A DNA stretch of 64,000 nt from an uncultured bacterium (GCA_963720685.1 CAVRGF010000008.1:89-64088); one strand, 5' to 3'; positions 38,174 through 45,892 are shown, counted from the stretch's first letter. Notes: generated by a model from the letters alone, not told the origin. Program-made: numbers and translations.

Positions 38174-40177
38174 TCAGCCGGTGTAGGGATGGGTCGGAGT
38201 GGTGCCCGATGGGCCGAGTAGGTCGAAACCGTCTGGAATCCTCAATTGACCCGGTCGCTTGCCGGGGTGGTTCGTGCGCCCGTACTGCCAGACGATTCGC
38301 TTCGTACGCGGGTCGATGAGAGCGACCCGATCGCGGTAGTCGTCGGTCACGGCGATCAGGCCCCCCGGGAATCGCTCGGCGAGGCTGGGATGGTCGAGCA
38401 TCCCATCGCCCGAGGCTGGGTGGTACGACCAGAGGATGCGGCCCTCGCGATCGAATTCGTAGATTCCCCCGGGACGAGCGTAGTCGGCGACCAGATAGCG
38501 ATTTGGACCCAGCTGCTGCGGATCGGACGGATAGGCGATGGGCAGATGCGCGCTCCAGACGAGGTGGCCGCGACGAGTGAACTCGTCGACATACGAGCCG
38601 TTGACCTCGGAAACGAGGACGTCTCCGTTGGCCAGCGGGGTGTCGCCGTTCGGCGAGCCGAGGCTGCGCGGCGGATCGTGGGTGCAGGTTCCGGTCGTGC
38701 CGATCTGCGACGAACGGTGGCCGGGGCCCAGGAAGAGGACTCGGCAGTTCTGCGCGTCGGCGACTGTGACGGTTCCATCCCGCAGCAGGTAGGCGTCGTC
38801 GGGCTCGTGGAAGTACCCAGAGCTCGATCCGATCACCCCGGGATGCCCGAACGACGCGATCACGTTCCCGGCCGGGTAGCCGAGCTCCACAATCGCCTCG
38901 TTCTCCTCCTCGTTGGAGATGATCCCGTGCCCGTGATCGATGAAGAACGCGTCGTCGGGAAAGTAGAACCCTCCAGCAGGCGTCGGCCGAGAGCCCGGGT
39001 AACGCCAGAGGATTCGCTTGCGGGCGTTGACGACGAGCAATCGGTTGTTGCCGCGATCGGCGATCAGGAGGCGACCTTGAAAGGGGGTGTCAGAAGCGGC
39101 AGATGAAGGACGATCGGTGGGCCCAGACGGAGCGGAGGTGACCTGCTCGCTCCTGATCGCAACCACGGAGCTGAGCGGCGAGCCGCTCGGCCCGATGCCT
39201 CCCACCAGGTACCCGGTTGCGCCAACCGTCGCGGCTGCCGCGTTCGTTACCGGCGTCGGGAGATCGCCGGCTGGAGTGGCGCGGCCGTTGGACGGATCGA
39301 AACGGAGAATCGTGGCCCTCGCCCGTCCCCCTGCGGTTCCGCCCAGAACGTAGATCTGCCCCGCCAGTGAGATTGCAGAGGCGTGGGCCACGGGACCCGG
39401 TAGACGCCCGACGACCGACACCTGCCCGGTCGACACCCGGATCGCTTGGATTGCATCCGTCGGATGGCCGCTGGCGGTCTCGCCTCCGAACGCGTAGATC
39501 GTGTCCCCGGCCGTCGCGACCGCCGGGTAGCGAACCGGCACGGGCAGGTGCGCGACGGTGGTGAAGCTTCGGCCGTCGCTCGTCCGCAGAACGTCCGGGG
39601 AGGGGGCCCGACCGTCGTAGCCGCCAATCACATAGACCTGGCCGCCGACCACGGCGGCGGCCAGGTCCGAGCGTGGTGCCGGAAGCTGGCCCACGATCCG
39701 GCCGGCGCCGCCAGTGCCGATGACCTCCACGGCAGTCGTGCTGGCGCTTGTCCCGCCGCCCAAGACCAGGATCCGTCGACCGACCGTTGCGGCCGCTGCA
39801 TCGTGAACCGGGCGCGGCAGGGTGGCTGCCGGGCTGAGGCCACCGCTCCGCGGATCGAGCCGGAACACCCCGCTCGCCGATTGGTCGGCGGCATCCAACC
39901 CGCCGAGCACCAGAATGTCGCCTCGGTACGGGGTCGCCGCCTCGCCGGAGATCGGTGCTGGAAGCGTGGTCGGCAGCTCTCTGGCCACCAGCCTCGAGCG
40001 AGGCCGCCCCCCGCCCCCCGAGCTGGTCCCGGTGTCGCCTCCGCCGTCGGAGCCGAGCGTGCTCCAGACGGCCGCGGCGACGATGACCGGTGCAACGCAG
40101 GCGCCGACCGCCACCAGTCGGCGCCGTCGGAAGACGGCTCGGCTCGACCGACGCAACCTACGTCGCGACGCAGTCAC
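38174..40177 (-). CDS. Membrane-anchored double beta-propeller protein (Kelch-repeat N-half, NHL/ASST-like C-half)
   Basis: I prefer GTG 40177 (VTASRRRLRR.. then TM VAVGACVAPVIVAAAVW). The track start at 40204 is a TTG lying inside the cis element. Kelch-like repeats (VLGG, YVIGGYDG, YAFGG, YVLGG, YLVGG) are followed by a second set of blades (RILWRY, HLVWSA, RILWSY, RIVWQY). Confidence 0.7.
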   Translation of the reverse strand: MTASRRRLRRSSRAVFRRRRLVAVGACVAPVIVAAAVWSTLGSDGGGDTGTSSGGGGRPRSRLVARELPTTLPAPISGEAATPYRGDILVLGGLDAADQSASGVFRLDPRSGGLSPAATLPRPVHDAAAATVGRRILVLGGGTSASTTAVEVIGTGGAGRIVGQLPAPRSDLAAAVVGGQVYVIGGYDGRAPSPDVLRTSDGRSFTTVAHLPVPVRYPAVATAGDTIYAFGGETASGHPTDAIQAIRVSTGQVSVVGRLPGPVAHASAISLAGQIYVLGGTAGGRARATILRFDPSNGRATPAGDLPTPVTNAAAATVGATGYLVGGIGPSGSPLSSVVAIRSEQVTSAPSGPTDRPSSAASDTPFQGRLLIADRGNNRLLVVNARKRILWRYPGSRPTPAGGFYFPDDAFFIDHGHGIISNEEENEAIVELGYPAGNVIASFGHPGVIGSSSGYFHEPDDAYLLRDGTVTVADAQNCRVLFLGPGHRSSQIGTTGTCTHDPPRSLGSPNGDTPLANGDVLVSEVNGSYVDEFTRRGHLVWSAHLPIAYPSDPQQLGPNRYLVADYARPGGIYEFDREGRILWSYHPASGDGMLDHPSLAERFPGGLIAVTDDYRDRVALIDPRTKRIVWQYGRTNHPGKRPGQLRIPDGFDLLGPSGTTPTHPYTG

Positions 40178-40199
40178 GTGGCAAGCTTCGCGACCCGGG

Positions 40200-40268
40200 G
40201 TCAAGCTCGCCTAAGCGTTCGCGTGAGAATGCTCTTAGGTCAGGGACTCCCCATAAGGGCTTTCTCAC
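40200..40268. promoter_or_regulatory. Shared cis element, site S2, with an inverted second half-site
   Basis: GTCAAGctcgccTAAGcgttcgcGTGAGAATGCTCTTAG occupies 40200-40238. The 16-mer 40223-40238 is matched in inverse orientation by ATAAGGGCTTTCTCAC at 40253-40268 (13/16 complementary, 14-nt spacer). The site lies between the divergent Kelch gene and ApbE operon A. Confidence 0.6.
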
Positions 40269-40313
40269 CCGCAGCACAGCCGCTCCTAAGGTTGGGCCTC
40301 AATCATCCGGGGC

Positions 40314-40664
40314 ATGGATTCGATTCCCTCCGGGCAACCGGCCTCACCCGCCGCTGCTCGCGACGCGGGTCTCGCTCGTCTCAACCGGCTTCGGCGCCTG
40401 CTCGTCGTCGCGAGCCTGGCGTTGGTCGGCGTGTTCGCGGGCGTGGTCGCACAGGCCAGGCCCGGAAAGTCGTCCGGCACGCCGACCGGGTCAGGCGGGG
40501 CGGGGACATCAGATCGCCGCTCGTCGTCGGGCCAACCATCTTCACGGTTCGCGCCGAGCGCGGGCGAGGAAGCCGTCCCGGCGCCGAGCATCTCGCCCCC
40601 CGCGCAGGCGCCTCTGCCGGCGCCCGCCGCACCCGCACCGCCGATCGTCTCCGGCGGGTCATGA
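40314..40664 (+). CDS. Small single-pass membrane protein with Pro/Ser/Gly-rich tail (first gene of cluster A)
   Basis: 116 aa. Positively charged N-terminus, TM LLVVASLALVGVFAGVVA, then a low-complexity tail. The stop overlaps the apbE start (ATGA). Confidence 0.5.
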   Translation: MDSIPSGQPASPAAARDAGLARLNRLRRLLVVASLALVGVFAGVVAQARPGKSSGTPTGSGGAGTSDRRSSSGQPSSRFAPSAGEEAVPAPSISPPAQAPLPAPAAPAPPIVSGGS

Positions 40665-41590
40665 GCCCGGTCGCCTGGGACTCCTTCCCGGCGCTGGGAA
40701 CCACTGCCGCATTGTTCGTCACCGAGGGCAATGGTCTGGATCGGGCCCGAAGCGCGCTGGAGGCGGAGTTGGCGGCGATCGACCGCGCCTGCAGCCGCTT
40801 TCGATCCGACTCCGAGCTCTCGCGAGTCAATCGCGCCCAAGGCCGGGCGATCCCAGTGAGCGAGCTGTTCGCGGAAGCCGTGGGCGTGGCGCTCGATGCC
40901 GCGCGGGTGACCGCCGGCGCCGTCGACCCCACGATCGGCCGCTCGCTGCGAGCGATCGGGTACGACTGCGACTTCGCCGACATCGTGCCCGGTTCGGACC
41001 GCCCGCTGCGGGTTCGCGCAATGCGAATCGGCGGGTGGCGCGCCGTTCGGCTCGATCGACGAACCCGGACCATTCGGCTCCCGAAGGACGTCGAGCTGGA
41101 TCTCGGAGCGACCGCCAAGGCACTCGCGGCCGACCGGGCCGCACGTCGCGCCCAGCGGGAGATCGGGGGAGGCGTGCTCGTCAACCTCGGGGGCGACCTG
41201 TCGGTCGCCGGAACGACGCCGCCGCAGGGCTGGTCGGTTCGCGTCACTGACGATCACGCCGGAACCGGGGGCGATTGCGGACAGACGGTTCGCATCTCGG
41301 TCGGTGGTTTGGCGACTTCCAGCACGACCGTACGGCGCTGGGCCACCTCCGACGGCTCGCGCCATCACATCGTGGACCCCCGGAGTGGGGACTCGGCGGC
41401 CGAGGTCTGGCGGACGGTGAGCGTCGCGGCCAGCTCGTGCGTCGACGCCAACGTCGCCGCCACGGCCGCGATCGTCCGTGGCGAGTCGGCTCCCGCGTGG
41501 CTCACCGAGCTCGGTTTGCCGAGTCGCATGGTGTCTCGGGATGGAAGGGTCGTGCTGGTGGGCGCCTGGCCCGAGGAGCTCCCCGCTTGA
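40661..41590 (+). CDS. apbE: FAD:protein FMN transferase (ApbE family), copy A
   Basis: Starting at ATG 40661 gives 309 aa. Motifs ..SRFRSDSELSRVN.., DLGATAKALAAD, RHHIVDPRSG. No signal peptide or lipobox at the N-terminus (MSPVAWDSFPALGTTAALFV). The 714-aa track ORF upstream part is antisense to the Kelch gene. Confidence 0.85.
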   Translation: MSPVAWDSFPALGTTAALFVTEGNGLDRARSALEAELAAIDRACSRFRSDSELSRVNRAQGRAIPVSELFAEAVGVALDAARVTAGAVDPTIGRSLRAIGYDCDFADIVPGSDRPLRVRAMRIGGWRAVRLDRRTRTIRLPKDVELDLGATAKALAADRAARRAQREIGGGVLVNLGGDLSVAGTTPPQGWSVRVTDDHAGTGGDCGQTVRISVGGLATSSTTVRRWATSDGSRHHIVDPRSGDSAAEVWRTVSVAASSCVDANVAATAAIVRGESAPAWLTELGLPSRMVSRDGRVVLVGAWPEELPA

Positions 41591-42702
41591 GCCCCCTCGT
41601 GGCCAGCGCGCCGAGTGCCTATTGGTATGCGACCCGCGGCGCCGGCATCGTCGCCCTGCTCCTGTTGACCGCGAGCCTCGTGATGGGGATCGTCGACCTG
41701 AGCCGCTGGCAGTCCGTGCGGCTGCCTCGCTTCGTGCTCGACGGAGTCCATCGAACGCTGTCGCTCCTGGCCGTCGCGATGGTGGCGATTCACGTCGTGA
41801 CCACCGTGGCGGACGGCTTCACCCCAATCGGCCTGACGGATGCGGTGATCCCGTTTGCGTCGGCGTACCGACCCCTTTGGCTGGGCCTGGGCGCACTCGC
41901 CTTCGACCTACTCCTCGCGGTGACCCTGACCAGCGTGCTTCGCCGGCGGATCGGCCACCGCGCCTGGCGAGCGACCCATTGGGCGGCCTACGCATGCTGG
42001 CCGCTTGCCCTGGTCCACGGGTTGGGCACCGGGACGGACACCCAGGTTCCATGGGTGCTGCTACTCAGCGCCGCCTGCCTACTGATCGTGCTCGTTTCCG
42101 TGGGGTGGAGGGTCGCAACGGCCTGGCCCGGCGACAGCGGCCGGCGGACGCTGGCCGGTGCCCTCGGCGCCACCGGGCTGCTCGCCCTGGTCATCTGGGT
42201 GGTCGGCGGGCCCCTCGGAGCGAACTGGGCGAGTCGAGCAGGCACGCCCGCCCCGCTCCTGGCCAGCGTCGGAGCGGGCTCGTCCTCGGGGGCCACCCCG
42301 CACGCGGCCAGCGCGGCATCGTTGCCGATCCCGTTCTCCGCGGATCTCGCAGGGAGCCTGCACGAGCGCGCTGCGGCCTCCTCGGATCTCGTCGTGCTGC
42401 AGATTCGAACCTCACTGCACGGTGGCGCCAAAGGGAAGCTCGGGATCCAGATCGAGGGAGTTCCCCTGGGCGGCGGCGGTGTCTCGATGCAGGCCAGTCG
42501 CGTCACGCTCGGCCCGCCCAGCGAGCCATCGCAATATCGCGGCCGGCTGATCCAGCTGCGAGGCCAGCGCCTGCTCGGGAGTCTGTCTGACGGCGCCTCG
42601 GTCATCCAGCTGAATGCGAACCTCTCGATCGACCAGGCGAGCCAGCGGGTGACAGGCACGGCGGCCGCGCAGCCGGTCGCCGGCCGGGGACGAACGAGCT
42701 GA
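41587..42702 (+). CDS. Ferric-reductase-like (FRD/MsrQ/NOX-type) dihaem transmembrane protein with extra TM and ~170-aa C-terminal domain, copy A
   Basis: TTG 41587 overlaps the apbE TGA (alternative GTG at 41599). Six TM helices carry two His pairs: HRTLSLLAVAMVAIH (H-x13-H) and HWAAYACWPLALVH (H-x12-H). A seventh helix LAGALGATGLLALVIWVV and a soluble beta-rich domain follow. Confidence 0.8.
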   Translation: MSPLVASAPSAYWYATRGAGIVALLLLTASLVMGIVDLSRWQSVRLPRFVLDGVHRTLSLLAVAMVAIHVVTTVADGFTPIGLTDAVIPFASAYRPLWLGLGALAFDLLLAVTLTSVLRRRIGHRAWRATHWAAYACWPLALVHGLGTGTDTQVPWVLLLSAACLLIVLVSVGWRVATAWPGDSGRRTLAGALGATGLLALVIWVVGGPLGANWASRAGTPAPLLASVGAGSSSGATPHAASAASLPIPFSADLAGSLHERAAASSDLVVLQIRTSLHGGAKGKLGIQIEGVPLGGGGVSMQASRVTLGPPSEPSQYRGRLIQLRGQRLLGSLSDGASVIQLNANLSIDQASQRVTGTAAAQPVAGRGRTS

Positions 42703-43973
42703 TGGATGGCGCCGCCCTCCCAAGGGTGACCGCCGCCTGGCGGGATGATCAGGCGATCGGCTTCCCGGAGCACCTCGCCGCCGCGGGGCCGTTGCCTGTG
42801 CCCGACCCGCGCGGGCGCCACGAATTGATCGCCGCGATCGATCGCAGCGGGTTGCTGGGTCGCGGAGGCGCTGGATTCCCCACCGCCGTCAAGATGCGAG
42901 CCGCGGCCGCCCGGAGGGGACGGCGGATCGTCGTCGCGAACGGCGCCGAAGGGGAGCCGGCAAGCGAAAAGGACCGGGCCCTGATGGCGCGGGCGCCGCA
43001 CTTGGTGCTTGACGGTGCGGTCCTCGCCGCCGCAGCAATTGGAGCCGGCGAGGTGATCGTCTGTGCGGAGCGGGACTCGAGCGAGGCGATCGACGCCCTG
43101 GCGACCGCGATCGGCGAGCGGCCCCACACGACCGGGGTCGAGATCAGCCTGGTCGAGGTCCCGTCCACATACCTGGCGGGCGAGGAGAGCGCTCTCACCA
43201 ACTATCTCAACACCGGTCAGGTACTCCCGACATTCGTCCCGCCCCGCCCCTTCGAGCGCGGAGTCGATGGCAGGCCGACGTTGATTCAGAATGTCGAGAC
43301 CCTTGCCAACGTGGCGCTGATCGCCCGCCGTGGCCCGGAGTGGTTCCGGGGCGTGGGCACCCAGGGTGACCCCGGCTCGACCCTGATCACGCTCGGCGGT
43401 GCGGTGGTTGAGCCGGGCGTCTATGAGGTTCCGAGCGGCATCCTCCTGGGCGACCTGGTCGAGCGGGCGGGTGGCTCTTCGACCTCGATCCGGGCCTTCT
43501 TGATCGGCGGCTACGCGGGATCGTGGCTCGCACCCGAGCGCGCCCTGGAACAGCCCGTCGACCGCGCTCGCCGTGCGCGTGGCTGGGGGCTCGGTGCGGG
43601 TGTCGTGATCGCGCTCCCGGCGACCGCGTGCGGCGTCTGCGAGACGGCGCGCGTTGCACGCTACCTCGCCGAGGAATCGGCGGGGCAATGCGGCCCCTGC
43701 GTCCATGGCCTCGGCTCGATCGCCGACCTGCTCGACGAGATCAGCGAAGGGATCGCCGCGCCGGGCACGCACCTGTGGCTCGAGAGATGGGCCGAGGACA
43801 TCGCCGGCCGAGGAGCATGCGGCCACCCAGACGGCACGGTCCGGTTCGTCGCCAGCGCCGTGTCGACCTTCAGGGACGAGATCGGCCGGCACGAGTCCGG
43901 CGGCAACGCGTGCCGCGGGCGCTCGGGCGGGCCATGGGTCCTGCCGCTACCGCACTATGCGGCGGCCCGCTGA
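42702..43973 (+). CDS. NuoF-like NAD(H)-binding flavoprotein with Fe-S binding region (soluble)
   Basis: ATG shares one nt with the upstream TGA. 423 aa. GRGGAGFPTAVKM and ANGAEGEPASEKDRALM (51-kDa-subunit FMN/NADH motifs), a SLBB-like middle, and a C-terminal Cys pattern ACGVCE..ESAGQCGPCVHG..GACGHPDG. Confidence 0.8.
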   Translation: MDGAALPRVTAAWRDDQAIGFPEHLAAAGPLPVPDPRGRHELIAAIDRSGLLGRGGAGFPTAVKMRAAAARRGRRIVVANGAEGEPASEKDRALMARAPHLVLDGAVLAAAAIGAGEVIVCAERDSSEAIDALATAIGERPHTTGVEISLVEVPSTYLAGEESALTNYLNTGQVLPTFVPPRPFERGVDGRPTLIQNVETLANVALIARRGPEWFRGVGTQGDPGSTLITLGGAVVEPGVYEVPSGILLGDLVERAGGSSTSIRAFLIGGYAGSWLAPERALEQPVDRARRARGWGLGAGVVIALPATACGVCETARVARYLAEESAGQCGPCVHGLGSIADLLDEISEGIAAPGTHLWLERWAEDIAGRGACGHPDGTVRFVASAVSTFRDEIGRHESGGNACRGRSGGPWVLPLPHYAAAR

Positions 43974-44230
43974 TGGCCAGGCTGCGAGTCAACCCGATCG
44001 CCTGCGAGGCTCACGGCCTTTGCGCCGAGCTGTTTCCCGAGTGGATCACGCTCGACGATTGGGGTTACCCGATCGTCGATGACGCGATCATCCCCGCTTC
44101 GCTGCTCGAGCACGCCGAGCGCGCCGCCGACGCCTGTCCGACGCTGGCGTTGCTCCTCGAGTCATCGGATCGTCCCGTGTCGACCGGATCGCTCACCGAA
44201 ACACCGGCTCGGCGGTCTCGGAGTCGGTGA
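43973..44230 (+). CDS. Small ferredoxin (single-cluster, Fer4_15-like), copy A
   Basis: ATG shares one nt with the upstream TGA. 85 aa: MARLRVNPIACEAHGLCAELFPE ... AADACPTLAL (CxxHGxC...CP). Confidence 0.75.
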   Translation: MARLRVNPIACEAHGLCAELFPEWITLDDWGYPIVDDAIIPASLLEHAERAADACPTLALLLESSDRPVSTGSLTETPARRSRSR

Positions 44231-44240
44231 GGCTCGGACT

Positions 44241-44918
44241 TCAGTTGGGGTGGCCGGTCTGCCAGCCCGCGATCGCGCCGAGCAGTGAGAGCGCGAGCGC
44301 CACACCGGCACCGAGCGATGCAGCCACGAGCATGCCCCGAATTCCCGCCCCCGGGAATGCCCGGCGTGGGCCTGCACCCCAGTCGCCCGCCAGCGAGCGG
44401 ATCACGCGCGGGATGTGGGCCAGGAAGTGGGCGGCGAACACGGCGCCCCAGACGACGAAGGTGATCTTGTGGAGCAGCAGGAGCTGATCGGAGCGATGCC
44501 CGAGGAGCAACAGCAACACGCCTGTCACGAAGACTCCGGCGGTGGCGGCCACAAGGGCCGGGGCGAGCAGCCGGAGCGGTAGCGGGGGCGGGCCCTTCTC
44601 GCGGTAGGCCCTCGCGCCTGTGTAATAACGGACGAAGCGATAGCCGGTGCTGGCCAGCTTCAGGAGCACGGGCGGGATCAGCACCAGCCCAACGAACATG
44701 TGGACGCTCACGAGCCCGCCCATGCGCAGGATCGTGATGCCCTCGGCTAGGAGCAGCACGGTCAGCACCGCGGCGGTCGCGCTGGTGAGGATCTCGTTGC
44801 CCTGCGTGCCGCCAAGGCGATCACGACGGCCGAGCGCTGTCGTGGGTCGGATTTCACTGCGAGACGGCGACTCGGCGGCACGCTTCGCGGGCAGCGCGGT
44901 GTGTTCGCCCAGTCGCAT
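44241..44918 (-). CDS. Four-TM His-containing membrane protein, unknown function
   Basis: 225 aa. Conserved-looking His residues lie in helices (SVHMFVG, LLLHKITF, AAHFLAHIP). Cis element S3 lies 24-61 nt upstream of its ATG. Confidence 0.55.
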   Translation of the reverse strand: MRLGEHTALPAKRAAESPSRSEIRPTTALGRRDRLGGTQGNEILTSATAAVLTVLLLAEGITILRMGGLVSVHMFVGLVLIPPVLLKLASTGYRFVRYYTGARAYREKGPPPLPLRLLAPALVAATAGVFVTGVLLLLLGHRSDQLLLLHKITFVVWGAVFAAHFLAHIPRVIRSLAGDWGAGPRRAFPGAGIRGMLVAASLGAGVALALSLLGAIAGWQTGHPN

Positions 44919-44941
44919 CGGTCGAACCGTCAGACCTCGCC

Positions 44942-44979
44942 GTCAAGGCGAGCTAAGACGCACGTGAGAATTCGCTTAC
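44942..44979 (+). promoter_or_regulatory. Shared cis element, site S3
   Basis: GTCAAGgcgagcTAAGacgcacGTGAGAATTCGCTTAC aligns with S2 over ~39 nt with a single 1-nt indel. The 16-mer core is 13/16 identical. Confidence 0.55.
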
Positions 44980-45043
44980 GCGGGCACGGTGCCCGCCGGA
45001 GAGCACGTCGCGGTGGCCGAAAGGATGTGGGAGGGAGCCCCCC

Positions 45044-45541
45044 TCAGGGCTTGAAGACCATCAGCACGAGGATGGCGACGGCGATGCCCGCCGCAAGGTA
45101 GTTCGTCGCCCGCGACAAGCGGTCGTCCAGGAGTGCGCGAAGCTCGGCGGACGCCGGGTGCCCTTCGGCCCCGAGCCTCGATGCCAAGAGCCGCGCCTGC
45201 TTCGGGCGTTGCCCGCCGACGGCGCCGAGCGCCATCGCGGCCACGAACAGCACGAGCGCTGCGTCGATCCAGCCGTCGCCATAGCCGAAATCACGCAGGT
45301 GAACCAGCCATAGCCCGAATCCGAGCAACACCACGCCCCCCGATACGACCAGCAGGACTCCAATCCGGGTCAAGCCGAGAAGCAGCGCAATCTCGGCGGG
45401 TTGCCGGCGCCGTCGGGCGGCCTCGAAGCCGACCCCGGCAACGACGATCCCGGAAGCAAACGCCAGCGCTCCCAGGATGTGAAAGAACAACGCGATGTCA
45501 TCCACTGCGGGGAGTCTGACGACTCGGTTCGGCTGGCGCAC
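45044..45541 (-). CDS. DUF2269-like membrane protein
   Basis: 165 aa, 4 TM helices. The FFHILGALAFASGIVVAG opening is typical of DUF2269 as I recall it. The start could be a few codons downstream. Confidence 0.5.
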   Translation of the reverse strand: MRQPNRVVRLPAVDDIALFFHILGALAFASGIVVAGVGFEAARRRRQPAEIALLLGLTRIGVLLVVSGGVVLLGFGLWLVHLRDFGYGDGWIDAALVLFVAAMALGAVGGQRPKQARLLASRLGAEGHPASAELRALLDDRLSRATNYLAAGIAVAILVLMVFKP

Positions 45542-45613
45542 ACACCCACCTCGTGCGACCAGCGCAGGGGTGTCCCAAATCTGCGAACCGAGCAGGGGTG
45601 GTCGATGGCTCGG

Positions 45614-45892
45614 TCAGGTGATCCCGTGGTCCCGCTTCGCCTGTGCCTCCATGACCTCGAGACGCGCATAGTAGTCGGGAAACTCGTTCAGGTGCGCCAG
45701 GGCGATCTTCCCGGTCACAGTGGGGTCGTCGCTGGTTACGTTGGTCGCGGGATCATGGGACCCGTGCTCGAGCTCGACGTCGAGCCCCGTCCGGAACTCT
45801 TCGACGTCGAACGGCGCCGTGGTCCAGTCGATGCCGATCTCCTCGCCGATCTGGCGCGCCTCCTCGATCGTGAACGTCGTTCTCGCCGCCAT
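45614..45892 (-). CDS. DUF5661-like small soluble protein
   Basis: 92 aa. GLDVELEHG ... KIALAHLNEFPDYYARL. GGAGGA SD upstream. 6-nt gap to the preceding gene. Confidence 0.55.
   Translation of the reverse strand: MAARTTFTIEEARQIGEEIGIDWTTAPFDVEEFRTGLDVELEHGSHDPATNVTSDDPTVTGKIALAHLNEFPDYYARLEVMEAQAKRDHGIT

Noticed and set aside
39446-40660. N-terminal 405 codons of the 714-aa track ORF that ends as ApbE-A.
   Set aside because: This part is antisense to the Kelch/propeller gene and has no ApbE similarity. ATG 40661 forms an ATGA overlap with the upstream small ORF.
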